Positions 1 to 8,081 of a stretch of 16,997 nt of DNA are shown piece after piece. Within the stretch, counting starts at the first letter, position 1, and every line of letters begins with the position of its first letter. The translations under genes were made by a program, and so were the position numbers. The stretch spans positions 1 through 16,997 of the forward strand of contig JBBISH010000127.1 of assembly GCA_037441385.1 (NCBI GenBank), in the 5' to 3' direction. This DNA comes from Myxococcales bacterium. GTDB taxonomy: Bacteria; Myxococcota_A; UBA9042. The notes below the pieces were generated by a model. The model worked only from the letters and a program-made list of their open reading frames with translations. It was not told the DNA's origin and ran no database searches.

Positions 1-462
1 TATGGCTCGCCAGCGGGCGGTGTGGTCGCGGTGGGCGCCGGGGGCACCATCCTGCACTTCGATGGCACCTGGCACCGCGACGATGTGCCCACCAGCAGTA
101 CGCTCGTCTCGCTGTGGAGCGGTGGTGGCCTGCAGCTCTACGCCGTGGGCGGCGATGCGACGGGGGTGCTGCTGCACTACGACGGCTGGGCGTGGCACAA
201 CGTGGCTGGCGTGCAACAAGGATTGCAGCTTTTTGGCGTGTTCAAGGCGCCCGGGCAGCCGGTCTATGCCGTGGGCGCCGGGCCGCGCATCGTCGAGATG
301 GACAGCCAAGGGGCACCGCGCGACGCGTGGTTGCCCGATCTGGGGCCCGCCACGGTGCTGCACTCGGTCTGGGGCGACGGTCAGGGGCGCGTCTACGCCG
401 CGGGCGGCACGCTGTATGGCGGTCAGCCCACCATGACCGGCGTGTTGCTGGAGCGACGGTAG
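1..462 (+). CDS. 5'-truncated repeat protein, probable beta-propeller with 'W/F-G-x-G...YAVG..G.ILHYDG..W' repeats
   Basis: Frame 1 is open from base 1 to TAG at 460-462. It has repeated blade-like units: VVAVGAGGTILHFDGTW, LWSGGGLQLYAVGGDATGVLLHYDGWAW, VFKAPGQPVYAVG, LHSVWGDGQGRVYAAGG. Confidence 0.7.
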   Translation, partial: YGSPAGGVVAVGAGGTILHFDGTWHRDDVPTSSTLVSLWSGGGLQLYAVGGDATGVLLHYDGWAWHNVAGVQQGLQLFGVFKAPGQPVYAVGAGPRIVEMDSQGAPRDAWLPDLGPATVLHSVWGDGQGRVYAAGGTLYGGQPTMTGVLLERR

Positions 463-541
463 GCACGCCACGAAGATGGCCGAAGACTTCGGGCCGACTC
501 GAACGATTCCGAATGCGCTGGAATTGAGGAACGCCCCCCGT

Positions 542-1594
542 CTACGGCTGCTTGGCCGCCGCCAACTTAGCCAAGGTGGGCAGCAGCTTGGTGTAGCTCT
601 GGACCGCCGCGCTGCCTTGCTCGCCCGCGTGCGGACCCACGATCCACAGGCTCGCATTGGGGATTCCCGCGGCTTGGTACGCGCCGATGTCCGTCACCGC
701 GTTGCCGTGGCCGGCCTTGAGGACCGCCGAGTGGCTGGCCAGCAAGTCTTTGAGGACCTGGGTCTTGAACACCTGCACACCCGACTCGTTGGGGACCACG
801 TCGCCCACGTCGTCGGTCAAGCGCACCACGCCCAGCGGCAGGTTGTGGGTATCCAACCAGTTGCGCGAGTAGCGGTTGTAGATCTGCGGCCGACCGGTCA
901 GGTACAGAACGCGGTAGCCCTTGCCGGTATAGGTGCGGATGGCCTTGTCCGCGTCGGCGTACATCGCTGCGGTTTTGTTGGCGAACACTTCCTTGAACAG
1001 CTCCCAATCGCTGGTCGTCAAGGTGCCGTCGATGTCGCTGACCACCACCTGCACGCCCTTGGGCCAGACCGCGACCAGACCATCGGCAAAAGTGCCGTCG
1101 CCGCGGGCGATCATCCGGACGCGGTAGTCACCGGCGGGCAGCGCGGGCACGTCGAACCAGATCACGCCGTCGCCGTCCGTCAGGCCGCTGCCGACCAGCT
1201 GCCAGCCCGGGCACTTCTGGATCCAGAGCTCCACGGTCTCGTCTTCTAGGTCCTTGTCCACACTGCCGTAGGCAAAGCGGCCGCGCAGCTTGGCCGACTG
1301 GCCGGGCAGCACGATGACGTCGCGGATGCGGTGGTTGGGTGCGCCCATCAACGTGTCGGCTGTGGACTTGGTGGTGTGGCGCCAGCCCTGCTTGGCCGGC
1401 GCGGGGACCGTGGCGCTGCAATGACCGCCTGTGATCGAGCCGTCTTGCGCGGTCACGGGGTTCGAGGGCAGCTTGCTGGCACTGGTCAGGTCGGCCTCGG
1501 CCGCGGGCGTGGCGTCCGCGGATTCGGTGGTGCAGGCGGCCAGGCTCGCCAGGGCGACGAAGACCGGGACGATGGCGGACGACAGGGCTTTCAT
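542..1594 (-). CDS. Lipoprotein with LNS2 (Lipin/Ned1/Smp2; Nir/RdgB C-terminal-like) HAD-fold domain, putative phosphatidate/lipid phosphatase
   Basis: ATG at 1594 gives MKALSSAIVPVFVALASLAAC (signal peptide + lipobox LAAC). HAD motif I is VVVSDIDGTLT (~1022-1036), motif II is YLTGRP, and GHGNAVTDIGAY is motif IV-like. The upstream segment NHRIRDVI...LRGRFAYG...GDYRVRMIARGD resembles the region preceding LNS2 in animal Nir/RdgB proteins. 350 aa. Confidence 0.8.
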   Translation of the reverse strand: MKALSSAIVPVFVALASLAACTTESADATPAAEADLTSASKLPSNPVTAQDGSITGGHCSATVPAPAKQGWRHTTKSTADTLMGAPNHRIRDVIVLPGQSAKLRGRFAYGSVDKDLEDETVELWIQKCPGWQLVGSGLTDGDGVIWFDVPALPAGDYRVRMIARGDGTFADGLVAVWPKGVQVVVSDIDGTLTTSDWELFKEVFANKTAAMYADADKAIRTYTGKGYRVLYLTGRPQIYNRYSRNWLDTHNLPLGVVRLTDDVGDVVPNESGVQVFKTQVLKDLLASHSAVLKAGHGNAVTDIGAYQAAGIPNASLWIVGPHAGEQGSAAVQSYTKLLPTLAKLAAAKQP

Positions 1595-1707
1595 GTGGCT
1601 CGGCGGGCGCCAACGGGCGCGGACAACGCAATGGTACGGGCGGGCGCGTGAAATTGGTAGGCTGGATCTGGGGTGGTCGGGTGGGCGACGGCTGGTGGAG
1701 GCAGACA

Positions 1708-1797
1708 GGGTCAGGCTCGGGTTCAGGTTCAGGTGCGGGTTCAGGTTCAGGTTCAGGTTCAGGTGCAGGTTCAGGTTCAGGTGCAGGTGCAGGTGCA
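1708..1797. repeat. Hexanucleotide tandem repeat, 15 units, mostly GGTTCA/GGTGCA
   Basis: Read directly: gggtca ggctcg ggttca ggttca ggtgcg ggttca x4 ggtgca ggttca ggttca ggtgca x3. Confidence 0.95.
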
Positions 1798-1822
1798 AAT
1801 GACGAAGGGCCCAGGCCGTCAT

Positions 1823-1879
1823 GTAGGGCCCAGGCAATGAATTGCCGGGCTATCTTAGCGCCGCCCCTCTGCAGGGGCG
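1823..1879. repeat. REP-like double hairpin element
   Basis: Hairpin 1 is GCCC-A-GGCAAT/GA/ATTGCC-GGGC (1828-1850), preceded by GTAG at 1823-1826. Hairpin 2 is the perfect CGCCCCT/CTGC/AGGGGCG (1862-1879). AGGGCCCAGGC is also directly repeated at 1806-1816 and 1825-1835. Confidence 0.65.
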
Positions 1880-2190
1880 TCTTGTTCCGGGTCTTTCGCC
1901 GCGTTCAGGTTTGGTTCGAATGCCCCCTATTGGGGATGATGCGGCGTAGAATAGCAGTTTGAGCGAGTCTAGGCGGTTATCTGTGGCGCTGAGAGTCGGT
2001 CGGATTCGATCAAGTTGCCGATGATCGTGGTCATTGTAGCAGGTTCAGTGAACAGCGGGGACCCTATGAGGCAAGGAGTCGGGCCTGTAGCCGAGACAAA
2101 CGGCGACGGGTGGCCGCGGAGGTCCATCGTGGACCGACTTGTCCGGGCCTGCGAAGCAATTTGGGGAGTACCGCGGGGCCAGCCCGGCAA

Positions 2191-3948
2191 CTAGTCACTG
2201 GCAGGCGCCCAGCGGCGCAGACAGTCGGGGCATACGGGAATGGACTCGTTGCCGACGATGCGCATGGCGGCGCCCTTGCGGGCCGGCACACCGCACACCG
2301 CACAGGCGGGGTTGGTGGCCATCAGGGACTTGGCGTGGCCGACCTTGAACTCGCCCTGGGTCATGATCCGGACGATCAAGTACTCCATCTCGCGGGCGGT
2401 GGCCGGGTGATCGGGATCCGCGGCCTCGGCCTGCCGCAACATGTCCAGGGCGCCACGGTAGTCGTCGTCGTCGATCATCCGCACGGCCAGGCCGCGCCGA
2501 ACGGAGCCCTCCAGCGCGGGGACCATCCGAGCCTGGCGCTCCAGCAGTCCTTCCAGAAGCTGGCGGGACTGCGCAAGGCGGCCGCACATATGGGCGATGG
2601 TCGCGCGCTCGATGGTGATGCGGGGGTCGTCGTCCAGCTGGGCGGCGCGCTGCAGGGCGTACTCGGCGTGGTCGAAGCACTTCCGCTCAACGTAGGCCAA
2701 GGCCAACACGAACCACGCCCGCGGCCAGACCGAGGCGATCCACAGAACCGTGGTCACATCGTCGGCACGCAAGCCTGTGGCGGCAAACCGATAGACGCTG
2801 TCGCCTTCCTCCCAAAACCGTAGCAGGGTGCCCTGCTTGAGCTGCACACCCAGCGGATACTCGGCCGGCGCCCGCGGCAACATGGCATTCAGGGTAGCGA
2901 TCGCCTGGTCGGCGCCACCCGCCAGCACCTGGCGCATGGCGTCGTCGACGACGCGGCTGTCTTCGAACTCCGCCTCGACCTCGACGCCAAGGGGCGTAGC
3001 GCGGAAGACGGCGAAGTCTGCCAAATCCACGGGCACTTGCCCTGGCGGCAGACCGGGCCAGATCGGCGGCGGCGGCCGGTGATAGGCCCAGTCCAGCGTA
3101 GTCAAGACCGCTCGGACCTGCGCCGTCATCGGCACGGCACGCCAGAACGTCTCGACGTCCAGCGCGCTGGTATCGGGCCACTCCAGCAGGCGCCGGTAGC
3201 AGTTGGCAATGCGGCCCAGGCTCGGCTCCGGGCCCAGGGCCGTCAGGAGCGGCTGCATGAACGCCTGACTGGTCTGGCCGACTGGACAGCCTTGCCGCAC
3301 GCCATCCAGAAGCTTGGGAATCAGCGCGCAGTGGCCCGCGTACTCGGCGGGCTCGCGCCAACTGGCGAGGATGTAAAGAAAGGCCTGGACGTAGTCGCGA
3401 CCCGATAGCGGCTCGGGGTAGTGTACGCCCGCGCGGTGCCAACGAAAGGCCCAGCAGGTCATCAAGTCGTTGGCCATCTCTTCGACGGTCCGTGTCCCCA
3501 AAAGCTCGCGTTCATGGCGCAGGTAGACGGCCGCGGCCTGCGGCACGGGCAGCTCGGGGGCCCAATCCAGCAAGTTGCCGCGCGTCACCGAGCCGGACTT
3601 CAAGCCCATGTGCGCAGAGGACGCGTCGGCCATCAGCAGATCGAGGGTGCGGGCCAGCGGGTCGGTCCGCCAGCCCTCGGCCGTCAGGCGCGGCATGATC
3701 AGGCGGGCGGCCTGCCGGAGCACCTGCCGCTCGGCGCCGTTGTTTTCGAGCGCCCACTTGCCGGCAAAGCGGCCCTCCAAGGCGTCGGCGACGTCGGGGC
3801 GGAGGCGAATCCTGCCTTCGGCCAGGTCCAGGAAGGCGGGGAGCCAGAGCTGGTTGTCGCGAACAAAGCGGAGGCCGCGCCACCAGTGGCGGTCGTCGCT
3901 GATGTGGGGGCGGTTGGGGTGGACGCCGTAGCGGGTTTTCTTGGGCAT
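2191..3948 (-). CDS. Hypothetical protein: unknown N-terminal region, TPR-like repeats, C-terminal CxxC...CxxC zinc ribbon
   Basis: 585-aa ORF with an AAGGA RBS 5 nt before the ATG. TPR-like helices: RAWFVLALAYVERKCFDHAEYALQRAAQLDDD and VRRGLAVRMIDDDDYRGALDMLRQAEAADPDH. C-terminal CAVC...CPDC. It starts 15 nt after the stop of the RM gene on the same strand. Confidence 0.75.
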   Translation of the reverse strand: MPKKTRYGVHPNRPHISDDRHWWRGLRFVRDNQLWLPAFLDLAEGRIRLRPDVADALEGRFAGKWALENNGAERQVLRQAARLIMPRLTAEGWRTDPLARTLDLLMADASSAHMGLKSGSVTRGNLLDWAPELPVPQAAAVYLRHERELLGTRTVEEMANDLMTCWAFRWHRAGVHYPEPLSGRDYVQAFLYILASWREPAEYAGHCALIPKLLDGVRQGCPVGQTSQAFMQPLLTALGPEPSLGRIANCYRRLLEWPDTSALDVETFWRAVPMTAQVRAVLTTLDWAYHRPPPPIWPGLPPGQVPVDLADFAVFRATPLGVEVEAEFEDSRVVDDAMRQVLAGGADQAIATLNAMLPRAPAEYPLGVQLKQGTLLRFWEEGDSVYRFAATGLRADDVTTVLWIASVWPRAWFVLALAYVERKCFDHAEYALQRAAQLDDDPRITIERATIAHMCGRLAQSRQLLEGLLERQARMVPALEGSVRRGLAVRMIDDDDYRGALDMLRQAEAADPDHPATAREMEYLIVRIMTQGEFKVGHAKSLMATNPACAVCGVPARKGAAMRIVGNESIPVCPDCLRRWAPASD

Positions 3949-3963
3949 GGGGGTCCTTGCAGA

Positions 3964-6900
3964 CTACACCGGCGCACTTCGCTGCCCTGGCATCCGCGGC
4001 GGAGCGGTTCGCCACATCAGGTCTACGTCCTCTGGCGTCAACCCGTAGGCCTGCTCGATCGCCTGGGCAATCTGCGCCTCGAGTCGGCCAAGTTGGGCGA
4101 GTCGCTGCCGGGCCGGCTGAATGAAGTCGCGCCACACGTCGTCGATTTGCCGAGTGTCGGCCGGGCGGAGCATGCCGCGCTCCTTGGGGCGACGCTTGCG
4201 CAGCTCGATGGCGAAGGTGGCATCGTCGAGCTTGGCCGGTGCCTGCAGGAGCAGGCCCGGCTTGTCGATGCCGTGTTCCTGGTGGAGCCATAGCAGGAGA
4301 TCAGAGGTCGAGGTGGTCAGGTCGCCCGCGAGTTGAACGGCCTGCGCCACGTACCCGGCTACCCGGCTCCGGGTATCGGCATCGGGATCCGCGATGGGCA
4401 CGTCGACCATCTTGAAGCCGGCTGGCGAGAGCGCTTCGTCTTTCATGTGGGGCAGCCAGCGCCAGTTGTACCACCACAGCAGGGGCGAGTTGAGTACGCC
4501 GAGGAGGTACTGATCCGCGCCGCTGAGCAAGAACGTCTTGTTGTTGCCGTACAGGCCTTGATCATCCCAGGCGTAGTGCGGCAGGAACTGGATTTCCTGG
4601 TAGAGGATCTTGGGCTGGTCGAATAGGCCGTAGTAAGCCACCGAGTCTTGGATTTCGTACCAAGCATAAGAGCCGGGCTTTCGACCCGGCCAAGGACCCG
4701 ACTGGGCTTCATTCCACGTATCTGGCCGGGGCTCCAGGGATTCCCGAAACGTGCTCAGATGGGCAAAGATGGCAGGATACTGCTCGATCTCTATGCCTCT
4801 TCGGGCAAAGATCATGTACTTGCGGTCCCACGCCGGCACCCACCGCCCAATATCCTGTCCACGCAGGTACGGCTTGATGACCTCCTCAGATCGCGGATCC
4901 TCGGCCACCAGGCGGTCCCGCGTCGGCTGATCGATCAAGAAGGCTTCGTTGCAGCCGGTAAGTACGCCACGGTACGGCTCAACCCCCAAAAACTCGCGCA
5001 ACGGCACCCCACGCTCGCGGATCTTCGCCATCAGGCTCTCGACCTCGGGCGGCTCCAGACTCCAACCCGCCGTCCCCAACCGCGTGCTGGGCACGTCGTA
5101 GCCCACATCGGCGACTACCCGCTCCAACTCGGGGTGCCCTACGTCTTCGCGCCGCACAGGGCACACCCGCACCAGGAAAGGTTTGACGGTCAGCGCGGGC
5201 GGCTGACCGGCCGGCGTGACAACGGCTGCCGCGCTGTCGTCGCCATTTGCTCCTGGTTGTCGATCCACCTGGTTCGGCCGCTCCAGCTTCTTCAGCACCA
5301 CAATGCATGGAAACGTGTCCGCATCGGGAAAGATCGGCGCGTGGCCAAAATCGACAATCTGCTCCACTTCCGCTTGGCCAAGGACCCACCCCCGCAGCGC
5401 TTCGCCGTACCCCGCTCGCAGCCACTTGTTGTTGACGATGAAACCCAGGCGGCCGCCGGGCTTGCAGGCCGCCAGACCTTGCTCGAAGAAGTAGACGTAC
5501 AAGTCAGCCACCCCGTCGTACGTGGCGAAATGCTCCTTCCAGTGCGCCTTGTGCGTCGCCGCCAGCAGTTCCTGGCGCACGTACGGCGGATTGCCCATCA
5601 CCACGTCGAAGCCGCGGACCCAGCGCGCCTGGACCGCCTCCTGCTCGGGATTGCAGGCTTCTACCCGGCGTCCTTCCAGGGCCGGCTCGCCGCGCTGCCA
5701 GTCAAAGGCGCGCTCGTCGACCGCAACGTCGCTGACCACGCTGTTGCCCTCGCGGATCGACAAGTCGAGGTCGCTGAGCTTCTTGCCCTTGGTCGCGGTC
5801 TTGAGCCACAGCGACAGGCGACTGATTTCGACCGACTCGGCGTTCAGGTCTACGCCAAAGAGGTTGTGGTGCAGAAGCGCGACAGCCAGATCCACCAGTT
5901 CACTCTCGTCACCGTAGTGGAGCAGTTGCGCGTTGACACGGGTGTACTCGGCGGCCAGCAGGTCAAAGGCCGCCAGCAAGAACGCGCCCGAGCCACAGGC
6001 CGGGTCCAGCACCTGCAAGCCAAGCAGCATGTCGCGATGGGCACGCCAGTAGTCAAGCCAATCGCCGTGGCCAAGTTGGTCTTCATCGGCGCCGCCCAGA
6101 AATTGTTCCTGCAGTTTGGCGGTGCGCTCGGCAATGGTCTTGCCCAGCACTGCGCGCGCAATGAAGCGGGTCACCCACGAGGGCGTGTAGAAGACCCCGT
6201 CCTTCTTGCGCTTGCCGTTGCCTGCATCGTCCTCGTTGCGAAGCTGCTCCAAGTCGGAGATCGACTGCTCGAAGATGTGCCCAAGGACCTCCACGGTCAC
6301 TTCTTCGGCAAAATCGTAGCCGCAGAGCTTGCGCAGGCGCTGCAGGGTGTCGTCGCCGACCGACAGGTCATCGAGTTCGGGGACAAGCCGAAACAGTCCA
6401 CCGTTGTACCCTTCCACGCCCAGCTTCGCCCGGCCCTCGTCGACCCAGCGGAAAAGCACCGACAAGTTCTGGTAAAGGGGCGGCAAGTCGAAGTGGTTCT
6501 TGCTGCGCGGATCAAGCGCGCGGTCGATCAACCCGCCAGGCAATAGGCCGCGTCGCTCTGCAAATGCGATGAACAGCACGCGATCCAGCAGTGTCTGCGT
6601 GGCGCGGAGCAGTTCCAAGCGGGGCACATGGCCATTGCGCTGGCACAGATCGGCAAACAGACTGGCCCGCAGCTCCTTGAACTCGGCATAGACCTTGCTG
6701 GTAATGTCGCCCAGTTGCCGGTCCGACGCCTCAAGCAGTTGGTCGACACGCGCCGCAGACGCGGGATCCGGGCCAAGCAGCCGATTGCGCGACAGGACGG
6801 CACAGAATGTTCGAAATTCGGTGTCGTCTGCCAGCTTGTCCAGCCAGAACGAGTGCCACTTCTCTTTGCCCTGACTCACGGCATAGAGCCGGGTCTCGCG

Positions 6901-7443
6901 GTAGTTCGAGACAATCACCCACCGGCAACCCGGCGTGCGGTTCGCGTAGTCCCAGGCTTGGTTGACCGGCGACAGTTCGCGCCCCACCGCTACATCCAGG
7001 TTGACGTGCGCGCCTTTCAGCTCGATCACCGCGCGAATCTCTGGCCGCTCGTCCTTGCGAAAGAACCCCAGGGCACCGTCAGCGGCCTTGCGGCCCACTT
7101 GGCTGACGTTGGCCTGCACGTCCAGAGTCCAGGGCTTGTCGCCGGCGTCCACCGACCCGACATAGCCCAGCGCCTTGCCAAAGATATCGTGCAGGAACTT
7201 GGAGTCGAGCTTGGTTTCGTTCACGTCGAGCTTGCCATCGTGGTCCGCGGCAATCCAGGTGCCGATGACGCTGCGGGCAACCTCTATGTCGGCGGGCGCG
7301 TACAGCTTGCGTTCCAGTTCAAGGACCTTTGGATGAAACAGAGGCAAACCGGGAACAGCTGTGATCTTGCGGATCGGCTGGGGCCGCGCCAACTCGATGC
7401 CGAGGTCGAGAAATTGATGTTGAACCACGCGACCTTTCGCCAT
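3964..7443 (-). CDS. Fused restriction endonuclease / N6-adenine DNA methyltransferase / target-recognition protein (Type IIG-like; Eco57I-type MTase, TaqI-C-like C-terminus)
   Basis: N-terminal PD-(D/E)xK-like nuclease segment ADGALG...VIELKG followed by QAWDY. MTase motifs: GVFYTP, motif I VLDPACGSGAFL (~5975-6010), motif IV VMGNPPY (NPPY at 5581-5592), ADLYVYFFEQGL. C-terminal TRD-like YRGVLTG.NEAF...KPYLRGQDI..W...PKILYQEI...LLGVLNS. Start placed at MAKGR (7443); the ORF track extends it to 7521. Confidence 0.9.
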   Translation of the reverse strand: MAKGRVVQHQFLDLGIELARPQPIRKITAVPGLPLFHPKVLELERKLYAPADIEVARSVIGTWIAADHDGKLDVNETKLDSKFLHDIFGKALGYVGSVDAGDKPWTLDVQANVSQVGRKAADGALGFFRKDERPEIRAVIELKGAHVNLDVAVGRELSPVNQAWDYANRTPGCRWVIVSNYRETRLYAVSQGKEKWHSFWLDKLADDTEFRTFCAVLSRNRLLGPDPASAARVDQLLEASDRQLGDITSKVYAEFKELRASLFADLCQRNGHVPRLELLRATQTLLDRVLFIAFAERRGLLPGGLIDRALDPRSKNHFDLPPLYQNLSVLFRWVDEGRAKLGVEGYNGGLFRLVPELDDLSVGDDTLQRLRKLCGYDFAEEVTVEVLGHIFEQSISDLEQLRNEDDAGNGKRKKDGVFYTPSWVTRFIARAVLGKTIAERTAKLQEQFLGGADEDQLGHGDWLDYWRAHRDMLLGLQVLDPACGSGAFLLAAFDLLAAEYTRVNAQLLHYGDESELVDLAVALLHHNLFGVDLNAESVEISRLSLWLKTATKGKKLSDLDLSIREGNSVVSDVAVDERAFDWQRGEPALEGRRVEACNPEQEAVQARWVRGFDVVMGNPPYVRQELLAATHKAHWKEHFATYDGVADLYVYFFEQGLAACKPGGRLGFIVNNKWLRAGYGEALRGWVLGQAEVEQIVDFGHAPIFPDADTFPCIVVLKKLERPNQVDRQPGANGDDSAAAVVTPAGQPPALTVKPFLVRVCPVRREDVGHPELERVVADVGYDVPSTRLGTAGWSLEPPEVESLMAKIRERGVPLREFLGVEPYRGVLTGCNEAFLIDQPTRDRLVAEDPRSEEVIKPYLRGQDIGRWVPAWDRKYMIFARRGIEIEQYPAIFAHLSTFRESLEPRPDTWNEAQSGPWPGRKPGSYAWYEIQDSVAYYGLFDQPKILYQEIQFLPHYAWDDQGLYGNNKTFLLSGADQYLLGVLNSPLLWWYNWRWLPHMKDEALSPAGFKMVDVPIADPDADTRSRVAGYVAQAVQLAGDLTTSTSDLLLWLHQEHGIDKPGLLLQAPAKLDDATFAIELRKRRPKERGMLRPADTRQIDDVWRDFIQPARQRLAQLGRLEAQIAQAIEQAYGLTPEDVDLMWRTAPPRMPGQRSAPV

Positions 7444-7624
7444 CTGCTCACCTGTCCGCGTCGCCATTGCTGTGGGCGCATCCGCGGGCGGGAGTCTGCC
7501 GCACGACCGGGTGTGAGGCAACTGAGCCCGAAGGACAGGCGCATGTCTGCACCCCTCGTCCGGCAGTAGTCACCGCGCCCCACCTCACCAATTTCTGTGC
7601 GCCCTCCGCGTGCCAGTGAAGTCC

Positions 7625-7653
7625 TTGACGGCTCTACCGCACAGCTGCATTTT
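7625..7653 (+). promoter_or_regulatory. Possible sigma70-type promoter for the DUF433 gene
   Basis: TTGACG (7625-7630), a 17-bp spacer, then CATTTT (7648-7653), about 40 nt upstream of ATG 7695. The -10 match is weak. Confidence 0.3.
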
Positions 7654-7694
7654 GAAGCGTGTGGCGGCGATTCTGCGCGCCCAGTAGGTCCACA

Positions 7695-8033
7695 ATGCTT
7701 ACGGATTCAGTTCCAGCTTCGATCGGTCCGACCATCGTCAAGACGCCCGAAACCTGCGGCGGCCGAGCCCGCTTCGCCGGCACCCGCATACCGGTCTGGC
7801 TGATCCGCGCCTTGTGGGACCAGGGCGAGAGCGACGCCGAGGTGCTTCAGAACTACCCGGAACTCACGCACGACCACCTTGCCGCAGCGCGGCTCTATGT
7901 CCTTGAGCACGAGCAGGAAATTGAATCCGACCTGCGCGACCAAGTTGACCCGCCACCAGGCGACCAATCGCTGCAGCTTGCGCACGACGCCCTGCCCACG
8001 CCACGAAGAAAACTTGACCCCCAAGCCAATTAA
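7695..8033 (+). CDS. DUF433 domain protein (putative type II antitoxin, HTH-like)
   Basis: IVKTPETCGGRARFAGTRIPVWLI...GESDAEVLQNYPELTHDHLAAARLY matches the DUF433 consensus (P.I.GG.P.I.GTRI.V......G.S..EIL..YP.LT...I.AAL.Y). 112 aa from ATG 7695. Confidence 0.88.
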   Translation: MLTDSVPASIGPTIVKTPETCGGRARFAGTRIPVWLIRALWDQGESDAEVLQNYPELTHDHLAAARLYVLEHEQEIESDLRDQVDPPPGDQSLQLAHDALPTPRRKLDPQAN

Positions 8034-8081
8034 CCCGACCTTCATATGGCCCCCGCCACCACCCTACACCCAGGAGCACCC

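Noticed and set aside
1595..1837. N-terminal extension of the 542..1837 ORF (HLHLNLNL...)
   Set aside because: It is a read-through of the stop-free hexamer repeat. The signal peptide and lipobox begin at ATG 1594.
1905..1935. GGTTCGAATGCC resembling a tRNA T-loop
   Set aside because: The flanks do not form a T-stem, and no cloverleaf or CCA end can be built.
1648..1962. GSGSGAGS-containing 104-aa ORF and the FRFRCR ORF 1431..1802
   Set aside because: Both are translations of the microsatellite, with no RBS or recognisable domain.
4648..6546. 632-aa plus-strand ORF (also 6628..7569 and 3421..4293)
   Set aside because: Antisense shadows of the RM and TPR genes, typical of high-GC DNA, with no motifs.
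8025..8080. TAAC at the DUF433 stop suggesting an integron attC site
   Set aside because: AATTAAC does not fit RYYYAAC, there is no matching GTTRRRY or palindrome downstream, and no integrase is present.
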